DNA of 64,000 nucleotides from an uncultured Candidatus Rokubacteria bacterium (GCA_963747235.1 CAVVEU010000008.1:256001-320000); one strand, 5' to 3'; counted from the stretch's first letter, positions 52,368-62,785 are shown. The notes: generated by a model from the sequence alone, not told the origin. Made by a program: numbers and translations.

Positions 52368-53265
52368 CGACGTGGCCACCGCGCGTGCCGGCCACGAGTT
52401 GCTCTCGACGGACTTCCTCACCCAGCTCGAGCGCCTGACCCTGCTCTCTCGTCGGTCCTTCCGCGGACGCGTGAAGGGAGAGCGGCGCAGCCCCCGCAAG
52501 GGCATCAGCGTGGAGTTCTCCGACTACCGGCAGTACGGCGTCGGGGACGACCTGCGCTACGTGGACTGGAACGTCTACGCCCGCCTCGACCGCCTCTACC
52601 TCAAGCTGTTCGTGGACGAGGAGGATCTCTGCCTGCACCTGCTGGTGGACGCCTCCGCCTCCATGGGCTTCGGCGAGCCGTCCAAGCTCGACTACTCCGC
52701 GCGGCTGGCCGGCGCCCTCGGCTTCGTGGGCCTGGTGGGGCTCGAGCGGGTGGGGGTGGGCGTGGTGCGGGACCGGATGGCCGAGGGCTTCAACCCGGCG
52801 CGCGGCCGGAGCCAGGCGATCCCGCTGATGGACTTCCTGGGCCGCCTGCGCGCGGGCGGACCCACCTCGCTCAACGACGCGCTCGCGGCCTACGCGCTGC
52901 GCTCGCGCGAGGCGGGCCTGGCGGTGCTCGTCTCGGACCTGATGGACCCGGCCGGCTACGAGCGCGGGCTCAAGGCGCTGCTGGAGCGGCGCTTCGACGT
53001 GCACGTGGTCCACGTGCTGGCCGCGGACGAGATGAATCCGGCCTTCGGCGGTGACCTGCGCCTGCTCGACGCGGAGAGCGACGAGGAGCGCGACCTCACG
53101 CTCGACGGCGAGGCCCTGCGCGGGTACCACGAGCGGCTCCGCGACTTCCTCGATCGCGCCGAGCAGTTCTGCCGGGGCAACGAGATCACCTACCACCGGG
53201 TGGTGACGGACACGCCGGTGGAGGAGTTCATGCTCCGCCAGCTCAAGGGGCTCCTGCTCGCATGA
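52357..53265 (+). CDS. DUF58 domain protein
   Basis: G.SVEFSDYRQY..GDDLRYVDWN, DASASM, VSD. Confidence 0.92.
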   Translation: MRNSDVATARAGHELLSTDFLTQLERLTLLSRRSFRGRVKGERRSPRKGISVEFSDYRQYGVGDDLRYVDWNVYARLDRLYLKLFVDEEDLCLHLLVDASASMGFGEPSKLDYSARLAGALGFVGLVGLERVGVGVVRDRMAEGFNPARGRSQAIPLMDFLGRLRAGGPTSLNDALAAYALRSREAGLAVLVSDLMDPAGYERGLKALLERRFDVHVVHVLAADEMNPAFGGDLRLLDAESDEERDLTLDGEALRGYHERLRDFLDRAEQFCRGNEITYHRVVTDTPVEEFMLRQLKGLLLA

Positions 53266-56200
53266 ACTTCCTCAGCCCCTTCGCCCTGCTCCTGGCCACC
53301 CTGTCGGTGCCCCTCCTCCTCCTGTACTTTCTGAAGGTCCGGCGGCGGCAGATGCGGGTGTCGAGCCTGCTCCTCTGGGCGCCCGCGCTCCGCGACCGCG
53401 AGGCCTCCACCTTCTTCCAGCGGCTGCAGCGCGACCCGCTCCTCATCCTCCAGATCCTGGCCCTGCTCGCCCTCACCGCGGCGCTGGCCCGGCCGGCGGT
53501 GAACGTGATGGGGCAGGGGGCGAAGCGGATCGCCATCGTCATGGACAGCTCCGCCTCCATGAAGGCCACCGACGTGTCGCCCTCGCGCTTCGTGCAGGCG
53601 CAGCGGGCCGCGCTCGGGCTGCTCGGCCGCCTGGGCGAGGGCGCCGAGGTGATGGTGATCGAGGCGGGCGTGCAGCCCAGGGTGCTGGTGCCCTTCACCC
53701 GCGAGCACGACCGGGTCTCCTCGGCGATCCGCTCGATGGAGGCGCACGATCTCCCCAACCGGCTGCAGGAAGGCCTCCGCACCGCGCGCGCCCTGGTCGG
53801 CCCGGACCCGCGCGCGGAGATCCACGTCTTCACCGACGGCGCCCATCCCGACGCGCTCAAGGGGCAGGGGGACGACGTCCGCGTGCGCTGGACCGGCATC
53901 GGCCTCCGCTGCCAGCAACGTGGGCATCACGAACCTCGCGGTCCGCCGGAGCTACTTCGGGGCCTACAACTCGCAGGCGTTCTTCTCGGTCGGCAACTTC
54001 TCGGGCGAGCGGCGGACCCTCTCGCTCACGCTGACCCTGGACGACGAGGTCCTCGCCGAGCGCACGCTCACCCTCGACCCGCAGGTGCGGCGCGCGATCA
54101 CGGTGCCGTTCAGCGAGCAGCGCGGCGGGGTGCTCAAGCTCAAGCTCAACGTGACGGACGATCTCGCCGCCGACAACACCGCCTACGCGGTCATGCCGCC
54201 GCCCCGGACGATCTCGGTCCTCCTGGTCAGCCCCGGCAACCTGTTCCTCGAGAAGGTGCTGAAGACCGACCCGCAGGTGCAGCTCGAGGTGCGCAAGCCC
54301 GACACCTACCAGGGCGGCATGGAAGGCTTCGACGTCGTGGTGGTGGACAGCGTGAGCCCGCCGAAGCTGGGCAACGGCCGCTTCGTCCTCGTCAACACCG
54401 TGCCCGCGGACGTGCCGCTCGAGGTGCTGGGGCGCCTCGAAGTCCCACCGATCATGGACTGGGACCGCACGCATCCGATCATGCGGCAGATCGACTTCGC
54501 CAAGGTGACGATCGAGGACGCGATGCGCGTCCGGCCGCTCGCCGCCGGCAAGACGCTGGTGGAGGCGGTGGGCGGGCCGCTGATCTACGTCCTCGAGGAG
54601 CGCGACCGCAAGGCCGTCTTCTTCGGCTTCGATCTCTTCCGCAGCGACTTCCCGCTGCGGGTGGCCTTCCCGCTCATGCTCTCCAAGGGGCTCCGCTGGC
54701 TGCACCCGGCCGGGCTCGACCAGGCGAGCCTGCAGCTCCAGGCGGGCCAGCCGATCCTGCTGCCGGTGGAGCACGGGGTGACCACCGCCACCGTGCGCAC
54801 GCCGTCCGGACGGAGCGTGCGGGCGCAGGTCAACCGCGGGATGGCGAGCTTCACCGAGACCGACGAGGTCGGCATCTACTCGGTGGTGACCGGCCGCGGC
54901 GAGACCCGCGTGGCGGTGAACCTGATGAACGGCGACGAGTCGGACCTGACCCCGCAGCCGCTGCCCACCTTCGTGGAGAGCGCGCGGCCGGAGTCGGCCC
55001 CGGTGCTGATCGTGCGCGAGCTCTGGCCGTTCTTCGTGGCCCTGGCCCTGCTGCTCTTCGCCCTGGAGGGCTTCCTCTACTGGCGCCGGCAGACCGGCGG
55101 GCGCCTCGGGCTGCCCCGGGGCCTGGGCGACCGCTGGGCCCTCGGGCTCCGCTGCGCGCTCCTGGCGATGCTGCTCTTCGCGCTGACCAAGCCGACGATC
55201 CCGCGCTGGGTCGACCGGCTGAACGTGACCTTCCTGCTGGACGTGTCGGACAGCGTGAGCCTGGCCGCCCGCGAGAGCGCGTACCGGTTCGCCGCCCAGT
55301 CGGTGGCGAGCATGCAGCCGGGCGACCAGGCCGGCGTGGTGGTGTTCGGCGAGGAAGCGATGGTGGACCAGCCGCTCCGCGCGACCGCCAAGCTCGAGCG
55401 GCCCCAGGCCCAGGTGCCGCGGGCGCGGGACGAACCTGGCGCAGGCGCTCCAGCTCGCGCTGGCCACCGCGCCCCCCGGCCAGGCCAACCGGTTCGTGCT
55501 GCTCACGGACGGCCGGCAGAATGCAGGGCAACGCGCTCGCGGTGGCGCAGGCGGCCAAGGACGCGGGCGCCGACATCTATTACGTGCCGGCGCCGCTGAC
55601 CTTCACGCAGGAAGTGGTCGTGGAGTCCATGGTGCTGCCGCAGGAGGTGAAGTTCGGCGAGCCGTTCCAGGCCAAGGTGGTGGCGTGGAGCCAGGCGGAG
55701 ACGCAGGGGCGGCTCTCGCTCTACCGCAACGCCGAGTTCCTCGGCTCGCAGGTGGTGCGCCTGTCCCCGGGCAAGAACGTCTTCACCTACCGGCAGTCGC
55801 TCGAGCAGAGCGGGATCCACGTCTACCAGGCCGCGCTCGACGTGGACGGCGACACCATCGAGGAGAACAACCGCGCGGTCGGCACCCTGGTCGTGCGCGG
55901 GCGGCCGCAGGTGCTGCTCGCCGAGAAGGACCGCAACCAGGCCCAGGCCCTCGCCGCGGCCCTGCGCTCCCAGCACGTGGACGTGACGGTGGTGGAGGCC
56001 GACAGCATCCCCAAGGACATGGCGGGGCTGCAGAAGTACGACGGCCTCATCCTGTCCAACGTGTCGTCGCTCAAGATGACGAAGAAGCAGATGGAGAACA
56101 TCCGCGACTACGTCCGCGAGCAGGGCGGCGGGCTCATGATGCTGGGCGGCGAGGAGAGCTTCGGCCTCGGCGGCTACTACCGCACGCCGATCGAGGAAGC

Positions 56201-57665
56201 GCTCCCGGTGACGATGGAGGTGAAGCAGAAGATCGAGATCCCGAGCCTGGCCGTGGTGCTCTCGATCGACCGCTCGGGCTCCATGGCCATGACCACCGAC
56301 GAGAAGGTGACCAAGCTCGACATCGCCAAGGAGGCCTCGCACCTGGTGGTGGACCTGCTCGACGAGCGCAACGAGGTCGGGGTCATGAGCTGGGACACCG
56401 AGTTCATCTGGGACGCGCCCCTCCGGCCGGCCCGGGACAAGCAGGGCATCCACCACGCGATCTCCACGATCAAGGCGGGCGGCGGCACCGACGGCTACCC
56501 GGCGCTGAAGGAGGCCTACCAGGTCCTCTTCGACCGGCCCGGCGCTGCTGAAGCACGTCATCTTCCTGTCGGACGGGCAGATGACCCGCGGCGACTTCTC
56601 GGGCCTGCTGCGGCGCATGGCCAAGGACAAGATCACGGTGTCGACCGTGGCCATCGGCAAGGACGCCGACGTGCCCGCTCATGGTGGACGTGGCCAAGTG
56701 GGGCCGCGGGCGCTTCTACTACACCGAGGACGACTCCACGATTCCCCGCATCTTCACCCTGGAGACGCAGCTCGCCTCCAAGGCGTCGCTCGTGGAGCAG
56801 CCCTTCAAGGCCACCGTGGCCAGCCCCGGCGCACGAGGCCATCCAGGAGATCGACTGGAAGGAAGCGCCGCCGCTCGGCGGCTACGTGGCCACCAGCATG
56901 AAGAGCAACGCGGACCTGGTGCTGATGACGCACCAGGAGGACCCGCTGCTCGCCACGTGGCGCTACGGCCTGGGCCGGTCGGTGGCCTTCACCTCCGACG
57001 CCAAGGCCAAGTGGGGCGTGCTCTGGGTGCGCTGGGGCGGCTTCAACAAGTTCTGGTCCCAGGTGACGCGCTGGACGCTGCGCACGGGCACCCGGAGCGA
57101 TACGGTGGCCACGGTCTCGCGCAGCGACAACGTGGGCGAGGTGCTGGTCGACGCGATCGATCCCAAGGGCGAGTTCATCAACTTCCTCGACTCGCAGGTC
57201 GGCGTGGTGTCGCCGGACAAGACGCGCACCGTGATCGATCTCGAGCAGATCGGCCCGGGCCGCTACCGCGGGCGCTTCCCGGCGAGCCAGGAGGGCGTGT
57301 ACCTGGTCGGCATGGCCCAGCGCCGGGCGGACCAGATGGTGGGCTCCCAGCTCGCCGGCCTCGTGGTGCCCTATGGCCAGGAGTTCCGCGACCTGGGCGT
57401 GGACGAGACGTTCCTCCGGGAGCTCTCCGAGCTCACCGGCGGCGGCATGCTGAGCGATCCGAAGGACGCGTTCCTCCAGAACCGGCACAAGTCGCGCCTG
57501 AGCGTGGACATCTGGCCGTGGCTGGTGGGGATGGTGGCGGTGCTGCTGATCCCGGAGATCGCGCTGCGCCGGATCGGGCCGGTTGGCCTCGGCCGGCTGA
57601 TGGCGCGCCTGCGCGCGGGCCGAGCCAAAGGAGGGCGTGGAGATGAGAGCGCTGATCCGAGCTAA
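53262..57665 (+). CDS. Large BatA-VWA / VWA-GATase-like-VWA membrane protein (~1460 aa), several indels
   Basis: LLYFLK..VSSLLLW..ALARP (BatA); MIDAS motifs DSSASM, DVSDS, DRSGSM; ENN; GGGLMMLGGEESFG.GGY; WRYGLGR; LSELTGG. Confidence 0.8.
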   Translation: MNFLSPFALLLATLSVPLLLLYFLKVRRRQMRVSSLLLWAPALRDREASTFFQRLQRDPLLILQILALLALTAALARPAVNVMGQGAKRIAIVMDSSASMKATDVSPSRFVQAQRAALGLLGRLGEGAEVMVIEAGVQPRVLVPFTREHDRVSSAIRSMEAHDLPNRLQEGLRTARALVGPDPRAEIHVFTDGAHPDALKGQGDDVRVRWTGIGLRCQQRGHHEPRGPPELLRGLQLAGVLLGRQLLGRAADPLAHADPGRRGPRRAHAHPRPAGAARDHGAVQRAARRGAQAQAQRDGRSRRRQHRLRGHAAAPDDLGPPGQPRQPVPREGAEDRPAGAARGAQARHLPGRHGRLRRRGGGQREPAEAGQRPLRPRQHRARGRAARGAGAPRSPTDHGLGPHASDHAADRLRQGDDRGRDARPAARRRQDAGGGGGRAADLRPRGARPQGRLLRLRSLPQRLPAAGGLPAHALQGAPLAAPGRARPGEPAAPGGPADPAAGGARGDHRHRAHAVRTERAGAGQPRDGELHRDRRGRHLLGGDRPRRDPRGGEPDERRRVGPDPAAAAHLRGERAAGVGPGADRARALAVLRGPGPAALRPGGLPLLAPADRRAPRAAPGPGRPLGPRAPLRAPGDAALRADQADDPALGRPAERDLPAGRVGQREPGRPRERVPVRRPVGGEHAAGRPGRRGGVRRGSDGGPAAPRDRQARAAPGPGAAGAGRTWRRRSSSRWPPRPPARPTGSCCSRTAGRMQGNALAVAQAAKDAGADIYYVPAPLTFTQEVVVESMVLPQEVKFGEPFQAKVVAWSQAETQGRLSLYRNAEFLGSQVVRLSPGKNVFTYRQSLEQSGIHVYQAALDVDGDTIEENNRAVGTLVVRGRPQVLLAEKDRNQAQALAAALRSQHVDVTVVEADSIPKDMAGLQKYDGLILSNVSSLKMTKKQMENIRDYVREQGGGLMMLGGEESFGLGGYYRTPIEEALPVTMEVKQKIEIPSLAVVLSIDRSGSMAMTTDEKVTKLDIAKEASHLVVDLLDERNEVGVMSWDTEFIWDAPLRPARDKQGIHHAISTIKAGGGTDGYPALKEAYQVLFDRPGAAEARHLPVGRADDPRRLLGPAAAHGQGQDHGVDRGHRQGRRRARSWWTWPSGAAGASTTPRTTPRFPASSPWRRSSPPRRRSWSSPSRPPWPAPAHEAIQEIDWKEAPPLGGYVATSMKSNADLVLMTHQEDPLLATWRYGLGRSVAFTSDAKAKWGVLWVRWGGFNKFWSQVTRWTLRTGTRSDTVATVSRSDNVGEVLVDAIDPKGEFINFLDSQVGVVSPDKTRTVIDLEQIGPGRYRGRFPASQEGVYLVGMAQRRADQMVGSQLAGLVVPYGQEFRDLGVDETFLRELSELTGGGMLSDPKDAFLQNRHKSRLSVDIWPWLVGMVAVLLIPEIALRRIGPVGLGRLMARLRAGRAKGGRGDESADPS

Positions 57666-58990
57666 CCGGACCGTCGTCACCGCACTGCTGCTCGCGCTGG
57701 TCGCCGCCGCGGGGGTCGAGGCGGCGCCCAAGCCGCGCAACGTGCTCATCCTGCCGTTCGCGCACCGTGGACCTGACGCGGGAGGAGCAGTGGATCGGCG
57801 AGGGCGTGGCGCAGTCGCTCATGCTCGCCCTCGTCCACGTGCCGGGGCTCGTGCAGATCGACCGCGACCGCCTGCGGCAGGTTCCGCAGCCCGAGGCGTG
57901 GGACGAGACGGCCGCCGTGGCCGCCGCGAAGCGGCTCGGCGCGGACGTCGCCCTGTTCGGGGAGGTGAAGCGGACGGGGAGCGACCTGATCCTGCAACCT
58001 CGCTTCGTCGAGCTGCGCGGCGACAAGGTCGAGCGCGGCACGCTCGATACGGTCGCCATCGCGGAGGGCCAGCTGCTGGACCGGCTCCGTCCGCTGCCCG
58101 CCGGCTACCTCAAGGCCCTCCGAGCCCCCGCGAGCGACGTGGAGCTGGCGCGCGTCCAGAAGTGGGCGGCGCCCACCGGACAGCTACGCGCCTACGAGCT
58201 CTACGTGCGCGGGCGCCAGGCCGCGTACCGGACGACGCAGGACGGCAGCGAGGCGGCGGTCGAGTTCCTGAGCCGCGCCATCGAGGCGGATCCGCAGTTC
58301 GTCGCCGCCCAGCACGCGCTCGGCGTGGTCCACCAGAACCTCGGCAATCGCTGGAAGGCGGCCGCGCAGTTCCGCGCCTCCGCCCAGCTCGATCCGACCT
58401 ACGCGGAGCCCTACAAGGCGCTGGGCGATCTGTACCTCACGGCGCCGCGCCGCCTCTTCGAGGAGGCCATCAAGGCCTACGCGAAGGCCATCGAGCTGCG
58501 CCCGTTCTACGCGGAGGCGCACGTGGGGCTGGGCGATGCGCTCGCCGCGAAGGGCGACGTGGATCCGGCGGTCGCCGCGTACCAGCGCGGCATCGAGCAC
58601 AATCCGATGAATGGCAAGGTGTACGTGAGCCTGGGGAAGCTCTACTACTCCGAGAAGGGGCTCTACTACGAGTCGGTCAACGCCTACAAGAAGGCGATCG
58701 ACCTGGATCCCACGTACCTCGACGCGCGGATGGGGCTGGCCGAGGTGTACGAGGACAAGGGACTCTACAAGGAAGCCATCGAGGAGTACCGCAAGGTCGT
58801 GGACGCCGACGCCAAGAACACCGGCGCGCTCTACAACCTGGCCCTCGTCTACGAGAAGGTGGACCCCAAGGAATCGATCACGCTCTGGGAGCGCTACATC
58901 GGCCTGGCCGGGAACCTGCCCGCGGAGAAGGACTGGGTGGACGTCGCCCGGCTGCACCTGCGCAAGCTGAAGCAGCAGCAGGGCAACTAG
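57643..58990 (+). CDS. Exported TolB-N-like/TPR repeat protein, frameshift near 57760
   Basis: Signal peptide, VLILPF..WIGEG, several TPRs (AIKAYAKAIELRP.YAEAH..LG). Confidence 0.85.
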
Positions 58991-59007
58991 CGGACCGACG
59001 TCCCGGG

Positions 59008-59253
59008 CTAGATTCCCAGCAGGGTCTTGAGCTGCGGCTTGTTGAAGCCGCGGACCACCTGATCCCCCACCACGATCACCGGGATGCTCATGCCTCCCGA
59101 CAGCTTGATCAGCTCGTCCCGGGCCTCCGCGTCGGCCAGGACATTGACGTCCTCGAACACCACCCCCTGAGACGAAAGATACTCTTTCGCCGCCTTGCAG
59201 GGCCCTCAGGTGGGACTGCTGAAGACTCGGACGACCGGCTGCGGGTCAATCAT
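59008..59253 (-). CDS. Glutaredoxin/NrdH-like selenoprotein (81 aa, UxxC; TGA 59208-59206)
   Basis: MIDPQPVVRVFSSPT-U-GPCKAAKEYL..FEDVNV..ELIKLSGGMSIPVIVVGDQVVRGFNK; SECIS-like hairpin follows. Absent from the ORF track. Confidence 0.88.
59171..59191 (-). promoter_or_regulatory. SECIS-like hairpin in the glutaredoxin gene
   Basis: GGCGAAAGA-GTA-TCTTTCGTC stem starting 14 nt after the UGA, built from AT-rich codons (AAA, TAT, CTT, TCT) unusual for this genome. Confidence 0.75.
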
Positions 59254-59496
59254 CGGTGTCGGCCTTTCTGTGTGCCTGCGAGCGAAGTGGGTGACGCGTC
59301 TAGCGTAGCAGAGGGCCCGGTTCAGCGCCCGTTTCAGTCACTCCATTGTGACTGCCCCCGTCAGGCGTGGCGGCCCCGGTCCACTCGATTCCAGCCGGTC
59401 TACGCGTTTTCAGCTAGATACCCTGTGCAGGACCTGCTGGCCCCTCTCTTGCTCTGTTACGAGGCCGCAGTAGTGACCCGACTGGAGGGGACGATC

Positions 59497-59886
59497 ATGG
59501 CCCGCTGGTTCCGGAGCAGAGAGCGAGGCTTCACGCTGGTCGAGCTGATGGTCGTCGTGGCCGTCATCGGTGTCCTCGCCACGATCGCGATCCCGCTCTA
59601 CGCCAACGTGCTGGCCCGCGGCCGGATCGCGAAGGCGCAGGCCGATTCCCGCTCCCTGGCCTCGGCGGTCGGTGTCTACGGCGCCCACATGGGGACGATC
59701 CCGTCGGCCCTCACCCAGCTCACCTCGGTCGTGACCAACGCGCAGGGGAACCGGGCGGGCCCGTTCATGAACTCGATGCCGATCCCGCCGGGGGGATGGG
59801 CCGCTTACGCCTACACCGCGAACGTCTCGGCCGGGACCTACTCGATCACCTCCAGCGGCGACGGCACCAGCGTCACCTCTCCGTAG
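59497..59886 (+). CDS. Type IV pilin/pseudopilin-like protein
   Basis: Prepilin site RG|FTLVELMVVVAVIGVLATIAIP. Confidence 0.9.
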   Translation: MARWFRSRERGFTLVELMVVVAVIGVLATIAIPLYANVLARGRIAKAQADSRSLASAVGVYGAHMGTIPSALTQLTSVVTNAQGNRAGPFMNSMPIPPGGWAAYAYTANVSAGTYSITSSGDGTSVTSP

Positions 59887-59976
59887 CGTCGGTCCGCGGC
59901 CGCCGCGCCGCCGATCGCGTTGTAACCCCCGGCCGACCTTGACTTAACGAAGGGCATTCCCTATGGTGACCCAGTC

Positions 59977-60960
59977 ATGAGCGATCTCCGCAAGGATCCG
60001 ACCAGGGGCCGCTGGGTTCTCGTACGCCCGGGCCCGAAGCGCCCCGCCGCCTCGGTGTGTCCGTTCTGTCCCGGGAACGAGTCGCATACGCCCCGCGAGA
60101 TCTTCGCCTACCGCAAGGAAGGCTCGGCGCCCAACGGACCCGGCTGGTCGGTGCGGGTGATCCCGGAGGCCGATCCCTACTTCCGCGTCGAGCAGGAGCT
60201 CGTGCGCGAGGGGCTGGGGCTCTACGACCGCATCTCGCCCCGAGGCGCCACCGAGCTGATCGTCGAGAGCCCGAGCCACGACGACACCGCGGCCACGCTG
60301 GGCGACGGGCAGTGGGAGCAGGTGCTCTGGATGTACGGGGAGCGCATCCGGGATCTCAAGCGGGATCAGAGCATCCGCGACATCCTGGTCACGCGGCGCC
60401 ACCGGGCGCCCGGCTCGCGGATCACGCATCCGTACTCACGCCTCACCGCCATTCCGATCATCTTCGATGAGGTGCGGCGCAAGCTCCGCGAGTGCCGCGA
60501 GCACTACGAGTACAAGCGGCGCTGCGTGTACTGCGACATGATCCGCCAGGAGATCGCCGCGGGCGATCGGGTGGTGCGGCTCACCGACCACTTCCTGGCC
60601 CTCTCGCCGTACGCGGCCTGCTCGCCGTACGAGACCTGGATCCTGCCTCGCCAGCACAATTGCCTCTACGAGGGCTCGCTCTCGGGGGACGTCGTGGCGG
60701 ACCTGGCGGGCCTCCTGAGCGGCCTCTTCCGCACCCTCAGCGGCAAGCTGGGGGACCCGCCGTTCGAGATGACGCTCTACACGGCGCCCAACCTGGCCGC
60801 CAAGATCCTGCCCGGGGAGTGGTCGACCATCGCCGACGACTACCACTGGCACATCGAGATCCGCACCGTGCCGGACCGCCTGAACGGGATCGGGGGCATC
60901 CACGTGAACGAGACGCCTCCCGAAGAGGCCGCCAAGCAGTTCCGGGATGCCTGGTTGTAG
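59977..60960 (+). CDS. GalT-like HIT-superfamily protein with an altered active site
   Basis: LRKDP..RWV, CPFCPGNE..TP.E, CVYCD, PYETWI.P, YHWHIEI; HPH motif reads HPY. Confidence 0.85.
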   Translation: MSDLRKDPTRGRWVLVRPGPKRPAASVCPFCPGNESHTPREIFAYRKEGSAPNGPGWSVRVIPEADPYFRVEQELVREGLGLYDRISPRGATELIVESPSHDDTAATLGDGQWEQVLWMYGERIRDLKRDQSIRDILVTRRHRAPGSRITHPYSRLTAIPIIFDEVRRKLRECREHYEYKRRCVYCDMIRQEIAAGDRVVRLTDHFLALSPYAACSPYETWILPRQHNCLYEGSLSGDVVADLAGLLSGLFRTLSGKLGDPPFEMTLYTAPNLAAKILPGEWSTIADDYHWHIEIRTVPDRLNGIGGIHVNETPPEEAAKQFRDAWL

Positions 60961-61098
60961 CCCGGTCAGGCCGCTCTAAGTACCACACCAGCCGCCAGAA
61001 ACCGAGATTCACCTTGACAGGGCCCAGTCCGGGTGGCAGACTCCGACTGTACAGGTCGCCGATCATAAGGGTCGGATATAAGCGGGGAGGGCATCAGG

Positions 61099-61539
61099 TT
61101 GCTGAGATTCACGAAGCGAGCGGACTACGGGCTCATGGCCGTGCACTTCATCGCCTCGCACGGCGAAGACGGCGCGGTGAGCGCGAAGCGGATCGCGGAG
61201 GAGTTTCACATCCCGCCCGAGCGGTTGGCCAAGATCCTCCAGCGCCTGGCGAAGAAGAAGCTGGTCGCCAGCTCCAACGGCCCCAAGGGCGGCTACGTGC
61301 TGACCCGGGACCCGTCAGAGATCACGGTGGGGCAGGTGGTCCGGGCGCTCGAGGGCCCGATCAGCGTGGTGAGCTGCATGAGCGAGCGGGACGATTGCCC
61401 GCAGTTCGAGCGCTGCAACCTGCGGGGCCCGGTGCAGAAGATCCAGGCCAGTATCAGCCACGTACTGGATAGCATGACGCTCGCGGAGCTGGGGGCGGAG
61501 CCGACCGTCCCGGTCACACCGCTGGCGTTCATTCATTAG
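61099..61539 (+). CDS. Rrf2 family regulator (IscR-like)
   Basis: [20 protein letters not shown], three Cys (C..C..C); heads the isc operon. Confidence 0.88.
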   Translation: MLRFTKRADYGLMAVHFIASHGEDGAVSAKRIAEEFHIPPERLAKILQRLAKKKLVASSNGPKGGYVLTRDPSEITVGQVVRALEGPISVVSCMSERDDCPQFERCNLRGPVQKIQASISHVLDSMTLAELGAEPTVPVTPLAFIH

Positions 61540-61558
61540 AGTCGAGGAGAACGACGGT

Positions 61559-62785
61559 ATGGCGTTGAAGCTTCCGATCTTCATGGACAGCCAGTCCACG
61601 ACCCCGGTGGATCCCCGGGTGCTCGAGACGATGATCCCGTATTTCACGGAGAAGTTCGGCCATCCGGCGAGCCGCAACCATCCCTTCGGCTGGGAGGCCG
61701 AGGGCGGAGTGGACGTGGCCCGCGAGCAGATCGCCAAGCTGATCGGCGCCCGGGACCCCAAGGAGATCGTGTTCACCTCCGGGGGTACCGAGGCGATCAA
61801 CCTGGCCCTCAAGGGCGTGGTCGAGATGTACCGGGAGAAGGGCAACCACATCGTCACCACCACGATCGAGCAGCGGGCCACGCTGGACGTCTGCAAGCGG
61901 CTCGAGCGGCAGGGCTTCGAGGTGACCTATGTGCCGGTGGGCCGCGACGGGCTGGTGGACGTCGAGGCGGTCCGGGCCGCGCTGACCGACAAGACCATCC
62001 TGATCTCGGTCATGTTCGCCAACAACGAGATCGGGACGATCCAGCCGATGGCCGAGATCGGCAAGCTCGCCAAGGAGAAGGGCATCATCTTCCACACCGA
62101 CGCCACCCAGGCGGTGGGCAAGATCCCGGTGGACGTGGAGGCGATGGGCATCGACCTGCTGTCGGCCACCGCCCACATGCTGTACGGGCCCAAGGGCGTC
62201 GGCGCGCTCTACGTGCGGCGGAAGAACCCGCGGGTGCGCATCGCGCCCATGATGGACGGCGGCGGCCACGAGCGGGGCATGCGCTCCGGCACGGTGCCGG
62301 TGCCGCTGGTGGTCGGTTTCGGGAAGGCGGCGGAGATCTGCCGCGAGGGCATGGCCGAGGAGAGCAAGCGGCTCGCCGCGCTCCGCGACCGGCTCCAGGA
62401 GCAGATCGTCTCCAAGGTGGACGAGGCCTACGTGAACGGGCATCCCACGCTGCGCCTGCCGCACAACCTGAACATCTCCTTCGCCTACGTCGAGGGCGAG
62501 TCGGTGCTGATGGGGCTCAACAAGGAGGCGGCGCTGTCCTCGGGCTCGGCCTGCACCTCGGCCACGCTCGAGCCCTCGTACGTGATCTCGGCGCTGGGCG
62601 TGGACTCCGAGCTGGCCCACTCGTCGATCCGCTTCGGGCTGCACCGGTTCTCCACCGAGGAAGAGGTGGACTTCGTGGCGCGCAAGACGGTCGAGGTCGT
62701 GCTGCGGCTGCGGGAGATGTCGCCGCTCTACGAGCTCGCGAAGGAAGGCGTGGACCTGAAGTCGATCCACTGGAAGGCGGAATAG
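61559..62785 (+). CDS. iscS: IscS-subfamily cysteine desulfurase homologue lacking the PLP lysine
   Basis: [58 protein letters not shown]; AHK reads AHM and EHK reads EQR. Confidence 0.9.
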   Translation: MALKLPIFMDSQSTTPVDPRVLETMIPYFTEKFGHPASRNHPFGWEAEGGVDVAREQIAKLIGARDPKEIVFTSGGTEAINLALKGVVEMYREKGNHIVTTTIEQRATLDVCKRLERQGFEVTYVPVGRDGLVDVEAVRAALTDKTILISVMFANNEIGTIQPMAEIGKLAKEKGIIFHTDATQAVGKIPVDVEAMGIDLLSATAHMLYGPKGVGALYVRRKNPRVRIAPMMDGGGHERGMRSGTVPVPLVVGFGKAAEICREGMAEESKRLAALRDRLQEQIVSKVDEAYVNGHPTLRLPHNLNISFAYVEGESVLMGLNKEAALSSGSACTSATLEPSYVISALGVDSELAHSSIRFGLHRFSTEEEVDFVARKTVEVVLRLREMSPLYELAKEGVDLKSIHWKAE

